A DNA stretch of 60,076 nucleotides, filler included, from Sphacelaria rigidula (Eukaryota): NCBI GenBank assembly GCA_964200075.2. It is 5 parts of 5 records of this genome, joined end to end, with 100 filler letters (N's around TTAATTAATTAA, not from the genome) between each part and the next. Parts side by side here need not be neighbours in the genome. Positions count along the whole stretch, not along the records: positions 1 to 11,937 come from CAXNAA020004315.1; positions 12,038 to 23,972 come from CAXNAA020004316.1; 3 more parts are not named here. One strand, given 5' to 3'. The notes beneath the pieces were generated by a model. That model did not search any database and was not told where the DNA came from. It saw only the letters and a program-made list of their open reading frames with translations. How positions within the stretch are numbered: the first letter of the stretch is position 1; each line of letters opens with the position of its first letter. Positions 1 through 12,461 of this stretch are shown piece by piece. Made by a program: the position numbers and the translations under genes.

Positions 1-11
1 CCGTCAATGTG

Positions 12-72
12 TGATCAATGGTCAAACTACTAAGGTAGGCAACAAATGAGTCCCCCCCCCCCCCCCCTCCCC
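12..72 (+). repeat. Arm of a palindromic interspersed repeat (same family as 23876-23972)
   Basis: GATCAATGGTCAAACTACTAAGGTAGGCAACAAATG plus a C-run matches the reverse complement of 23876-23937 (GGTCAATAGTCAAACGACTAAGGCAAGCAACAAATG...CCCCC). Confidence 0.75.
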
Positions 73-1091
73 TCCCTTTTACCTTTCGAAGCCGCCGCTT
101 TCTCCTCATTTTCATTCTTCTGTTTGGGTGTCTTTACGTTCGACGATTCTTTTTGCTTCATTGGCATGCCGTTGCTCCGGTTTTCTCCCCTTCGAGTGTG
201 TATTTTGATGATGCTATTCTTACAGCCTGGGGGGCATATATGTAGCCCACCACTGCAATGATGTGTCCCTATCTAGAGAAGTGATAGTTTTCATGCGTGG
301 CTGCTCGGGGATATTCTACCTTTCGACTGCGGGTCTGGGTAAACAGGCTGGTGCGACAACTAAAAAGACAGAACACTATCAGTGAGGTGACTGAGAGAGC
401 GGGACCTTCTTCTGCAACGATGAGACCACACTTCGGTTCATGACTCGACCCCCAAGTGTTGCTAAACAGTGTAATGAACCTCTCCTCGAGGCAACGGCTA
501 CCCAAAACCGTGGCTGCCACACACCATTTGTGGTGTGATTCATACCAAACCACGTTTTCCCACGCCGTTCATCTTCAGGCTCCGGAACGGAGTACTTTGC
601 TTGAACATGTACCGCAATTTCTCGACACTTATGGCGCCTTTCAGAATATCGAGGTGCTTAAAATACCCCCGTCCACCGCGAACACCTCGCGGCAGTTGGC
701 ATGTTCATGCAATGGCTAGAAAAGCTCCACATCACAGAGTCGTGGATTCCCGAAGAAAGAGCAAGGTCAGCGTATACTTCATGCCACATCAAGTCAAGGG
801 CACATATCCCAGAGTTTCTTGACGCTGACCGGGACCATCGGCACGCTGAATAGTTCAATATATCTGGCCTTTGCGTACAACACAAAACAATGTGACCGTG
901 AGATGATCTATGTTCCGCGGGGTTTTCGGAGGCCTGAACACGAACGTATCTTGGTTGACGCAGTATCTTGATTTGATTGGCACCGTACCTTGATTAGGAA
1001 ATCCGGTCTGAAGGTACATGTCTTCATGACCCTCTACCGTGAAGTGACGAACTAGACACAGCGGCGAAGTGCAATCTCCACCTCTCCTCAC

Positions 1092-4000
1092 CTTGACTGT
1101 TCTCTCTGTAGCCGTCAAAATGGTGAGAGACGTTCGGTTGAAGCAGGCACATGTCACCGCGAAGTCGTCGGTGATTGCCTCGGTTTTGCAACGGTACTGG
1201 TCGAAAGGAAGCAGGCGCTTCCCCCTAGCCAGCACGAGCCGGTGATCCTCCTTCCCGGGGCGGATGTTACGGGAGGGGGTGGGCGATACCCGACTTCAGT
1301 TGCGCATGATAAACAAATATTCGGATATGGTAGTTGTTGTAATAAGTGCGTCTCGATGTTTGTTATCAGCTCGATATGAGGTCGCACGCCAGCACAAAGC
1401 ACACGATGTACCATGCATCCAGCCAGAGCTGAGAACCGACGTTTTCGATTTTTTACACCCCGTGAAATTTCGAGTCCCGCGCAGTACCTGCTCCTGGTTG
1501 GATCTAGCGGGCGGCATCTTGAAGTGTACGAAGCATGACAGCGATGCCCTGTCCTTCCGAAGCTCCCCATCGTTGTCCGCTTGGAAGGTCTGAACGCAGT
1601 GGAACTTCCGCAAGTCCCACAGCTTCCGGCGTCGCACACATGCACACAGCAAGGCGTGCAGCGTAAAACGTATGGTGGCGTGGTCGGGGGAGTCACAAAA
1701 GCAATGTTCTTGCTCGTCCATTCCTCAACGACGATAATTCGCCGAGGGCATTATACTCTGCACTCTTCCATGAGCGAGTTGTTTCGTGCGATCGCTGTCG
1801 CTCCGATTCGGGTTTTGGGTGGGTTTCAACAAACCAAGTGAATGTTGGTGATCATGCCGTGGCGGAACACTCAAAAGTTGCGGCGACCCAGAGCGTTTCA
1901 CTCCACAAACGCACGACGCGTTTGGCCTAGACATGGGGAGGGCAAAGTCCCGGTCATGAATCATCTCGCTATCTTTTATGCCCCAGTCATGAACAATTCT
2001 CAACGCCGGGCTGTTGCATTTTTCCTCTTCAAATTATGAGCAGTCCGCATCGACGCACCCCTACGCAATTTCTTGTACCGGTGCCTCCTGGCGAGTGTAA
2101 GCCTGAACATTTATACATCAATCTCAACCAGGCAGGGGCCAGTACATCAGATGCAGCCATTACACTAGCACGCACATGGTCACCATTCGTACGACCTCCA
2201 CCATCTCTGTTTTTCCAACAACATATTGAGCGGACTGTTCGTGTGTAGTCTGTGCTCTCGCACGTCAACGAGCGAAGCGGCTGGATAGGGTGCAGCTCAA
2301 AGACAATCGTTCAGCCGCTGGGAATAATCAGATGCCCTCTGTTTTGTTTCGACGCATCGATGAACGTCTCGTGTCGGTTACCTTGACAACACCCGCGCTG
2401 TCTGCCGTGATGAGCTCTGGGGTACCTTCGACAGCCTGGCAACCGACCAAGGACGCGTGATGACCTTTCAACCTATTCAGAAGAGAGTTTACAAAAGGCG
2501 ACCTGGTACGAAAGGAGATATGACGGGACATCAACACATGGCAGGGAGGGTGGAGGGTTACTTTTTCGTTGCTATGCGCAGCTTCGCGAAACATCTACGA
2601 CACGCAGTCTATTGTTGCTAGAGGTAGGTCGCTAGTGAACTTCGAATACACAGCACCACTCGATGATGCAGCAGTAATTTGCTCGAATAACGGCACGGTA
2701 TATCTCGGCTGTTTCACGGCAGGGATATGAGACGTGCTTAGTAGGGTAGAGTGCGATCTTCGGAATATGCTGCCACGGGGAAGATCCGTCTTTATTCCTC
2801 CAACGGTCTTCGCCTAGAAAAGCGAAACCATGCCACCCCCCGCTCCGGGAGAACTAGAGATCCTTACCAGACATGAGCCTCGTGGTCGAAGCCGGCAGAC
2901 ACCAGGCATCGATACTGGGAGCTGTAACTCAGAGAGTGTACACCCTGGTGAAGAAGCGGCGACGGGCGCAAACTGGGTCTCAGGGGCGCGTTCTCCTCTA
3001 ATACGGTGTCGTAGTTGGAATGTGTAGGTGGGGAGGCAACTCTGGGCGAAAAACATATTCTGTTCACCGCTGTCCTTGAATATTTTCGTGCTTGGAGTTC
3101 AGTTCGGTGATGCTGTGTTGTCTACGCCTATATTGGGAAATTGAAGTTATTTTCGGGTAGAAGCATGAACTCGATAAGATTCGGGGGTGCAACATACAAT
3201 AATAGCGTTAAGCTCTCATATAAAGAACGGGTTGAGGGTTTAGGAATGTGTGGGGTGCAATATTTCAAGACTGCGCTTGCATAGCGTCCAAATATCCGAC
3301 GGTCGAATTTTTCACTTTGCACTCAACACATCCCCCTCACGAACACCCTACACGCCAACAAGTGTTACTTTCCCCGCGCACCTTGTTGTGGCCCAGTAGT
3401 GTATGCACGGGCTTTTGGGTGTAGGTATCCCAAACGCGAATGCTGGTGTCGAGGCTCGCCGACACGAGGTTGTCGAGAGATTCCATGACGATCATGCCCA
3501 TAACAATGTCGGAGTGGCCCTTCAGCGTCACCATCTCTTGTCGCTCGCCGATATCCCAGCCTGTCCCAAAGGTTTCGGGAATGCATGTGACAGTGTTTGT
3601 TTTGGCTTTCGGTGATCGCCAGGGCGGCGCAAAAGAGCTCTCACAGAGTACGAGGGTGTGTCATCACGACTCGTTCGTCTGTTCATTTACGTTGGAATTA
3701 CGCTTCATTCCTGTCAGGTTTGAGTGCCACCATTTTGGGGCGAACACGCTGCGGCAGTATCACGCCGCCGAACGCGACAAGGCACGAAACAGGACAACAC
3801 GATTCATCCGGCCGAACCTTGTATAGTCCCCGCAGTCGTGCCTGAGTACAGCAACCGGTGGGAGCTGGACCAGCACATCGACATGGCAGCGTGTTTGGTA
3901 GGCCAGCGACTCTTCAAGGTGAAGTGTTTGATGGCAGGGACATCGTCGAGATGCCACTGCAGCAGCGTCATGTCGGCGGACGCGGTGACCAGGGTATGAT

Positions 4001-7000
4001 GGTTTCCGCAATAGGCCATGGCGAGGGGGACCTACGGCATTGTAGGATGTATGCGTTTCGGAAAGAGACTTTACATCAAGGACGCGCAGGCAAAACGTGT
4101 TCGAAGGGAGGACGTGAATTCGATGCGACTTTACGAGAAAATTTGAAGCCTTGGAGGGGTTGTGTGCAGGGAGAACTGCTGAGAGCGAGTGTCGAGGTAC
4201 CGGTGTGGGGGTTGGGCGTCCTTTTTATCGTGTCTTGAGATAAATGTAGGACCCCATCTCCGCTGAGGTACGTCTGTTGATGCCTAGGCGCTTGTCAGCA
4301 GTGCCAGACAGGGAGAGACAGCTGGATGCATCACCCCCTTTCCGTAGATACCAATCGAAGGACCCTGTGGCAGATCCGCTCACCGCGTTGTGCTTGAGCT
4401 GTGCCGCTCTACTCCAGGTGTGCGTGTTGTACACGTTTACGGTGGGATTGTGTTCCTGTACGCGAGGGAAGCCAGTACACCGGAACAGAGGGCGATCTAA
4501 GTTCTTCTGCCTCACATTGGCCTTGGGTTTACCAGAGCAACCCTTCTGGGACAAACTCAAACATGCCCTGCATTCTTTTATGAAGTATACATTTTCTTCT
4601 GTGCAGCTCGCCGATCAACGATGCGATGCCAATGAGATAGTTGCCAACTAATTAAGAGGGACGCTCTCCTGGCTTCTACTTCAAGATAAACGGTGACATT
4701 TCATCATGATCATGTGTATCTTGCGTCGAACACGTCAGCCCTGGAGCGACACACCTGTATCACGGCCAGCTGCTGAGACCCCGGAATGTAGCACAACTGT
4801 TCCACCGCTTCACAGCTGCGGTTGTAGCTCGTAACCTCCACCTTCCGGATCCCGACGCCCCCCCCGGCGAAATTGTGGGTCCGGAAAACAATGATTATGG
4901 TGATAAAAAGTACAGTAGTCAGCGTCAGACGTATGCAGAACTCGTAATTTCTTAGTTTCTCAAAGACTTTCCGAATTTATTTCGCTTGCCACCGCTCATC
5001 ACAGTGAGTGTTGGATGCCAAAAAATGCGTATCTGGAGATATTTTAACCCTCTTGACAAATATTGAAAGAAGAAGTATCGGCGATCAATATTGAGTGACT
5101 TATGGGCTTGACCGATCTTCGGGGGTTCTGCGAAAGTGCAAACCCAGGTTCTAGCTTTTCGGTATTTTCGGTGGACCGATTGAATCCCGATCATAAAAGT
5201 GAAGACTCAAAAATGACTATTTTTTTAAAATTCCACCAATGCACTGCGTTAAAGCCGGAAAACTGTGTTTCTTGGACCATTCACGGTCAATAATACCCTC
5301 CTGATAAACGGAGTCATTACTCCATATCGCCCCCACAACACCAACTTGGGCATCGTGATTTGAGCACGGTCTGCTTATTTTGCCAAAACTATCGACACTA
5401 GCACTTTCGAATGCTCATGGGAGATGTTACGCGAAAAAAAAAAACGAAAAGAGTTCATCCGCAGAAGATGCTAGACTGAGGTCTGTGCAGTATAGGAGGG
5501 AAACACGATCTCGATCGTTATTGTGATGAATTGTATAAATATTCATTTATCTGAATATTGACCGTTTCGTTGCGGAAGAGCCGGAAAACTGTTTTTATTG
5601 GACCAGATACGGTCAATGACACCCTCCTGATAAACGGGGTATCTAGTCCGTATCGCCCCAAAACCACCAAGTTGGGCACCGCCGTTTGAGCGCGGCCTAC
5701 GTTTTCTCCCTAAATCTACAGGCGCTTGCACTTGCAAGTAGTAATGAAGAATAGTACACGAGAAAACTCAAAAACTACAACAACTAGGAATTCTGGAGAC
5801 TTCTGATGCTGACTACTATGAGTCTGGGCCTGCTTCCTCTATCTACACACACAACATAACCTAGCCGGTCTCGCATTCAAAACTAGTGGACAGAATCAGC
5901 AGGCTCAGGGTCCGCGGGTTGCTGGTACATGCCTTGCCTGATCGACTTGCCATGTTGAAATAAAAATTATAACCATTGCAGTTATCGCCATACCGGACAA
6001 CGCATAATCTTTGGACAAAGTGATTGTTGCAAGCTATTCGCCGAACGAGCGGGGTACATCGCAGCTCTCCGTGTGACGCAACTGTTGAGGAACAAAACGG
6101 GATACGTTCGCATCTCACGGGTGAACACAACCAATCCCACCGAGAAACATGCAGATGAGAAACTACTTGTTGCGTGAAGCGGAGGGCGGCGGGTTTCCCG
6201 GCAGCAAATCACTTCGCAGATATTGATAAATACCGCACAATGGACAACTGGCAAGTTGGCCAATCGATTGTTCCACTCTTGTCGTACGACTCCTTGCCTG
6301 TCTCGGGCCCTGTCGGTACTCGGCGAGCTGGTCGATGCTCATCTGTGCGTGGTGTAGCTGCGCTTTGACGACCACAAAACGGGTAAACTCGTCCCACTCC
6401 ATCATCCCGTCGCCGTTGATGTCCACCTTTTGCATCGCGAAACAGCAGTACCAATGCATGTTGACACGGGGGGTTGCACCAACGATACGAGAAACGGATA
6501 CACCTGGGGCGCGAGTGGGGAGCGGGACGGTCACCGGTATCACGTGTTGTGCGCTTTCCCACTCCGAAAAGCGATGCACTTTCGGTTTGATACCACCCTT
6601 AGCAGTGGTTTCTTCAGCAACTGCACAACTAATCGACCAAGTTGCGGGACAAACTTCGACGAGTCAACTCATGAGTCGAGTAGAGCAATCAGCTATTATA
6701 CATCGGGGGAAGTCGAAACAATCGCCTATAGAGTCAAGTAATCTAGAGATCTAAGTGGCAGGAAAGTGCACGGCGTCAATGGTAACAGTCATGTAGCGTT
6801 TTCCGTACTCCACCCGAGGTAGGCTACACTCGATCGATATCTCCTTCCCCCTTCCAGGTTTCCGCACCTCCTTGAAGAGCTCGACAAGATTGGACACGAC
6901 TTCCTCTCGACTGACGACAACCTTTCCGCCTCCCCCTGCGGCACCGGTGCCACCGCTTCCTCTTCCCTCTCCCCTCCCGGCACCTTCAGCTCTACCTTCC

Positions 7001-7601
7001 CCACCCAAACCATCGTTGCCACTGTCGCTGCTTCCTGCGTAGCTATCCTTCACAACCAGATTTTCGGGTTGGTGCCGCTCCATAATGGCGCAGAAGTCTT
7101 CAAGGTCTACCTCATCGTCGTGTGCGTGAAACTCGGCCTGGGTTGAATTCACACAAAAGAGATTAAAAAAAAGCGCCAGCTGAGAAACAGCGGAAGTCGC
7201 AGTTGGACTGTACTCAACCGGAAATTTCGAGGTGTACAACACGCCTGGGCGACAGTGGTGCGCAAAACGAACAGTAGTAAGTGCTGTGGCAGAATTAGAC
7301 AAGACCGCTTCTCAGGCGATGCGATTTCGCGAATGCCTGCAAAATTACGGTGCTATGGTCAAGCCGTTTCGCGCAACACGTACTGTATGTGGTCGTGTGG
7401 AACGCGAATGTAGCTTGCCTTGATACTAGCCATCTGATCGCCATTGAGATGCATGAGAAGCTGTAGGGACAGCTGCTCCCTGGCAGCCTTGTTCTGTTGG
7501 TACAATTTTCTCGGACTAAACATCCCTTTGACCTCTTGCTGCTGTCGATGCTCCACCGCCGGGTCCGCTCCGGCAGCTTGCACCACCTCTTGCTGCCTAG
7601 C
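1092..7601 (-). CDS. EF-hand and WD40-repeat protein (architecture like WDR49/EFCAB8/WDY-type proteins), multi-exon, 3' end not found in this contig
   Basis: Phase-consistent exons: 7601-7419, 7137-6868, 6426-6298, 4841-4755, 4455-4384, 4031-3818, 3560-3382, 2944-2868, 2502-2382, 1622-1488, 1250-1092. The spliced product has an EF-hand (LFKE|VDINGDGMMEWDEF) and WD40 repeats (LKGHSDIV...SASLDTSIRVWD; LLGHNK|GV...SAGFDHEAHVW|S; LKGHHASL...TADSAGVVK|LWD). Start is uncertain (an in-frame MFSPRK ATG lies at 7523). Confidence 0.88.
5245..5770. repeat. Diverged direct duplication (two ~190-bp copies) inside an intron
   Basis: About 5245-5440 and 5571-5770 share AGCCGGAAAACTGT, ACGGTCAAT, ACCCTCCTGATAAACGG, TATCGCCCC and TTGGGCA in the same order. 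Confidence 0.75.
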
Positions 7602-10600
7602 CTGCGCATTTCATGAGTTAGGTAAAGTTGCCACAAAGAGCTAAATGAGTGCGGTAAACGAAGTAAAAGCAGTAGGTGGTGCCACAATAAGCTTCGACAG
7701 TATCGCCTACTTTCGTCTGCGAATTTATTCTTCCATGATGTACAGCAGGGTGGCAACATATGTACTTTATTTCAGAGTCTGTTTATACGCAACCAAGTAG
7801 GCGGAATACAGTGTATTGCATCATTCATACCAAAGGGTACCTATCACTACCTACTGCAGAGATTTGTCGTTCTAGGAGGTCGTGAGATGAGAACATGCCG
7901 TACTCTCTAGAATATGGTGTAGGTTCGGCTCCAGCGTAGAGCCAAGCAAGATGGTATGTCGATCTGTCTGAGGTATCAAGTGCCCACCGATTTCAAGCAA
8001 AAATCGTGGCAACAACTCCCGCTGTAATCTAGGACAAAGAACCCGTATTCTTGTATAGCGTGGCACTGCCATTTCTTTGCCTTCGATGTAGTTTCAAGAG
8101 TCTCCCTATTTTGTTACATAATGAATACCGCAGGTTTTGGGGGCTAGACGTCGCACACTCGATCCCCATTAGGCAAACCACAGCACGCAGCGAGCATGCT
8201 CGACTGTGAGAAACACCTGCATCCTATCCCATTGGCAAAAAGGAAATCAGATCAGCGTTCCATATCAGAGTGGGGTAACATGGGACGAGGTAAGGCGGCG
8301 TTTGTCGCTGACATGCTGTTGGACACACATTCATATAAGTTGTATAACGATGGTCGGTTACGGCGGAGGATTGTGGGTTCGGATCGTCACAGATTCGAGA
8401 TCTTCAAGCGCAATCGGATTGTGCGGTCGAAAGCGTGAGGACCCGCGACGGGATGCGGGAGTGCTGATCCAATACACGATACTTGGATGCAAGGCACGTG
8501 CCCGGGGAGAGATGGGATGATCCCTTGAGACTACGGGCTTATCCCGAGGGAGGGTAGGGATTTCAAGTGTGGAGAAGTAAACAAAACACACAAACACCGC
8601 CTCGGACCAGTTTCGTGATCTTGAAAGTGGCTGGAAATAGACATGTACTTTCGGGGTATCGCTGTGCTGGCATGAAGTTCTGAAGTATCTCGCGCTGCGT
8701 GGAAGTTTTGGCGGAAATATATTTAAAACGCCGCGACAGCAGCTATTGGACTATCTTCAGGTCCAAACGTGCTTGTCTTGCCTGTAGTACAACCGGTATT
8801 CAACACCGTGTCGCGTTGTGGTGACTTTCAAACGCGAAGGGGGCCTTCTATCGTGCATGGGCTGAAACGCATGGATAGCAGTGGACCAAGTCCCAACATG
8901 ATACTGTTGTTGGCTTAACCGGACAAGTTAGTACAGGCGAGACAAGAGCGGATTCGACGAGAAGCATATATCGCAGTATCATGCACGACTTTAAGCGTTC
9001 TGCTAAACTTGAACGATGGCTACTAGCACGATTTGCTTGTGCACACACTAATAGCAGGAATGAGGTCGTTATTTCTTTACTTCTGATTGATCATGTTATG
9101 GATGTCATAATGGAAAATGACGATCGGGTTTGTACGAGTACTAGTAGTGCATCTTCCGTGTACTCGTACGCATCGGAAACACATCCATCGTCATTTTGTG
9201 CCTTGTGGCGAGTAGAACTGACCCAAAAATCTAGTAAATGGAATATTCTGGAAAAAGAAGCGCCATTTTCAGCATCTTTGTGATTCCACGCTCCACCGAG
9301 TCCATTGCTTCCAACGTATCTTTGCTCTGGAGGGTGGTAACAAACGTGACCTCAAGTCAGGCGCAACGATGCGTGATAACTCCGCACCGATCTCCCGACG
9401 ATAGCTGGCCGCATTCGCTATTCACAAGAGATTCGCTAGGAAACAGGCGTCAATCAACACGCAGAAGAGCTAGGTAGTTTCACGTTGTGGTTCGAAATCA
9501 CCCGATCAATCTTCGAAAGAGAGATCAAACCCAAAATGAACGCGGAAGACCTGCCCACCGATGGAATTACTCACCAGCAAAAGCGCTTGTAACCCATCGT
9601 TGCTCCGTACTCCAGCCAACTCCTTTGAAGGCTTAGGTAGTTCCCTCTGTAGGAGACCACCGGCGTGCCCGGATGACTTCATTCAGTCCTCTGTTGTTGT
9701 GCGCTGGACTCGGTCTGCACCTGCTATACTCCGTTGTGCTGTCTGTACGGTGCTGTATGTAAAGTTCGGGCAAATCTTGTCTTGATTCAACGCGGCGCAA
9801 TATCCCATGACACATTTTGAGTTGATCAGTCACATTTTGAAATCATCAATCGCAGCGGCGCTCCATCGCTCGGAGATTAGGTACCACGATACAGTTGTAT
9901 CGTGTAATACTGGTACCAGGGCTTCGTGTTACTATGCGGTGTCAGCACCAGTGAGGTAAATGTCATTAACAGTGTCTGAAACGTCAGCGCCAGAATGGCA
10001 GCTGTCGCCGCCAACACTTTCTACACTGACGCCGACACGTTACGGGCAAGTCACCGAAATCAGATAGTTTTCATGAGTTGATGGTGCTAATTGACTGAAA
10101 CTAAGTGATAGAAGTTTATAATATCAGCTAACTGAAATCAAGACAACTTGCTACTATCCCAACGTCAGGTAGTTATTGGCCGATCGCCTTGGCCCCCTCC
10201 CCACCCCGTATCGAGTTTGAACACTCCGCCGGGATGTTTTCACGTTCGTTTCCCCGTAACCCTTCTTGCTGCTTATCCGTCGGATGCTCTCGTCTTCGTT
10301 TCGTGGCAGACGGCAACGAAGGGCAACCCGATTTTTTTTCCAGCCCCAGAGATGACTTTGATCAATAATAGCAGCAGGCGTTTCGGACACGACAACCTGT
10401 AAGGGTCACTTTTTGCGGGCGGAGCCGACCTCGATCCTCGTGCCCAATCAGCTGCGGCGGCAACGGATAAGTATAGAAAATCGTCATCATTTGTTGTCCG
10501 CGCTTGCGACGTTTTTTAGGACATTCAGAATGAAAAAAAGGAAGACATTCTGTGCGCACGATGGACCACTTCAACAGTTCAACAGTGTAAGTATCAACGA

Positions 10601-11054
10601 CTCCGTGAGATTGAGAGTTGTAGTCAAATGATACCAAGCCGTAGGTTTCAGTATAATCGCATGCATTATTGGAGCAGTGGCAGGGGACAGGGGATCCTGG
10701 ATTGGTGACTCTTATCTGTGTGACCCCTTGCTATTTAGCTTTTGATGTGTTGCTCCCGTGGCGATAGTCAGAGATGCCGCGTGTCTTCGTAGTTTATGGG
10801 GTGTTGGTCAATGGTGTTCGGTTCGCTCGGGTACCGCACGAGAAAGCACGAGACGCAAAAGACGAACAATACTGCAAACAGCTCACGATTCAAAGCCGAA
10901 TGTTGCTGTTGCTCCGCTTCTACTAACCGGATGATTGGTCCACACGCAGACCTCCCCAAAGACATCGAGGGAAAAATCGACAACGTGCGCCAGCTACTGA
11001 GAAGCAGGTAGCTCAGGGGCCGCTAGCAGTCCAGTGGTGAGGAAGGAAGGAGAG

Positions 11055-11240
11055 AACGCGTGGATGTGCTGGGAAGCAAGTGGGCCGATGGCCGCGAGCA
11101 GCCCAGTCACAAGGAAGCAAGGGGGTAACACGTAAACGCAGCGCTGGGGAGCAAGTAGGCCGAGGGCCGCGAGCAGTCTAGTAGCAAGGAAGGGCGAAGG
11201 GAACGTGAAGATGTGCTGGGAAGCAAGTGGGCCGATGGCT
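11055..11240 (+). repeat. Three ~75-bp tandem units
   Basis: GCTGGG(A/G)AGCAAGT(G/A)GGCCGA(T/G)GGC occurs three times; translates as a degenerate LGSKWADGREQ peptide repeat with stops. Confidence 0.8.
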
Positions 11241-11563
11241 GTAGAGGATCACTCCGTCATGATAACAAGTGAGAAGAAAGGACTTGTTGAGCACGAGGCC
11301 AGTGCTACTGGAGGAGTCCCTCGTGGATAGTCCTCTAGTCCAGATCGTCTGGCAGAGGCTACAATATCTAGATATTAGTCTTCTGGCACTCTGTTAGACG
11401 GGTTTTGGATGAGGAGAAAAGTTAGGCTGCAGCTCAGAGCCAGTTCAGCCCACAGACAGGAGGAGACAACTTGAAGCGCACAGGAGACGGGGACGCTCCG
11501 TGAGCTGGACGACGCACAAGTCAGGCAAGAGTCTCTCCGTGAAGTGTTTGAAGCATAGACGAC

Positions 11564-11791
11564 ATGGCTCAAGCGGCGGCAGCGCCACTGGTGTTAGGTG
11601 AGCCATTACAGCCGCCAAAGTATGGTGAAGTGTGGACCGAGGAGGCATCACGGGTTTTTTTCGCAAGATACCTTGGATATATACAGCGGTGGAGTCTAGT
11701 GAATTCCGAAGGAATTATACGGCATGAAAGAGTAAGCATAGGGCAACGTATTCCTGTATACATGTCATGGTGTCATGAGGAAGGAAGATAG
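11564..11791 (+). pseudogene. Possible decayed N-terminus of a retrotransposon gag-like ORF
   Basis: ATG-initiated, globular-looking MAQAAAAPLVLGEPLQPPKYGEVWTEEASRVFFARYLGY... that breaks down before the contig end. The family call is recalled resemblance only. Confidence 0.3.
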
Positions 11792-11937
11792 AGAGGCGTT
11801 ATTTGTTCCTTCAGACAGTTTTGGGGCAGGTTGGCTCACAGATCACTCGATCCAGCCATGGGAATGCTCCCAAAGTTCTGGGGAAGGTTGATGTACAGGC
11901 TGCGTTCTAGGGAAGATTGATGCACAGGCTGGTATAT

Positions 11938-12037
11938 NNNNNNNNNNNNNNNNNNNNNNNNNNNNNNNNNNNNNNNNNNNNTTAATTAATTAANNNNNNN
12001 NNNNNNNNNNNNNNNNNNNNNNNNNNNNNNNNNNNNN
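11938..12037. other. Artificial contig spacer (N44-TTAATTAATTAA-N44)
   Basis: 100 nt of N with a central TTAATTAATTAA (stops in all six frames); identical to the other three spacers. Confidence 0.97.
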
Positions 12038-12045
12038 CCCAAAAT

Positions 12046-12059
12046 CCCCCCCCCCCCTA
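12046..12059 (-). other. Polypurine tract
   Basis: Minus strand TAGGGGGGGGGGGG about 400 nt after the pol stop, followed by ATTTTGGG, which resembles the TGTTTTGGGG start of the candidate 5' LTR. Confidence 0.55.
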
Positions 12060-12461
12060 TCGTAGGATGACTCGTGGGTACCAAAGTCAACCGCCAAAAG
12101 GTGCATCACATGCGGCGAGCACGTGGCGGCTGAGGAAAGCAAGGGAATCAGCAATTCAAACTGGAAGCGGCCCAGCGTCAGTCATACAAATCAACAGCCA
12201 AAGTGTGAAGAGCGCCAGTAGCCGGGGATGGGGATGCGCCAGGCAAGGTCCAGTCGTGGTCAGACGTTGGGCGCTGAGGAAGCTCCGGTTGCAAGGTGTT
12301 GAAGGAGTTGACGGGCGGCCTGGTGCGCCCTGAGTGGTTGGAGAAGGGGGAAAAGAAATATATATATAGATGTACATATATCTAAAAGGCAGCGACAGAG
12401 GAAGAGAAGAAGAGAAAAAGGGAAAACGTCGAGGAGGTCGAGGGAAGAGGGCTGTGTAAGT

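Noticed and set aside
269..1091. Further exons of the WD40 gene
   Set aside because: No in-phase WD-like continuation with credible splice sites was found; the gene probably continues beyond the contig start.
9885..9904. Short palindrome CACGATACA-GT-TGTATCGTG as a terminator or operator
   Set aside because: It has a 9-bp stem, no U-tract and a eukaryotic context; there is no supporting evidence.
11055..11240. CRISPR-like repeat-spacer array
   Set aside because: Only three units, the intervening sequences are related to each other, the context is eukaryotic, and there are no cas genes.
11982..11993. TTAATTAATTAA recurring every ~12 kb as a biological periodic motif
   Set aside because: It is always centred in an identical N-run; it is an assembly linker.
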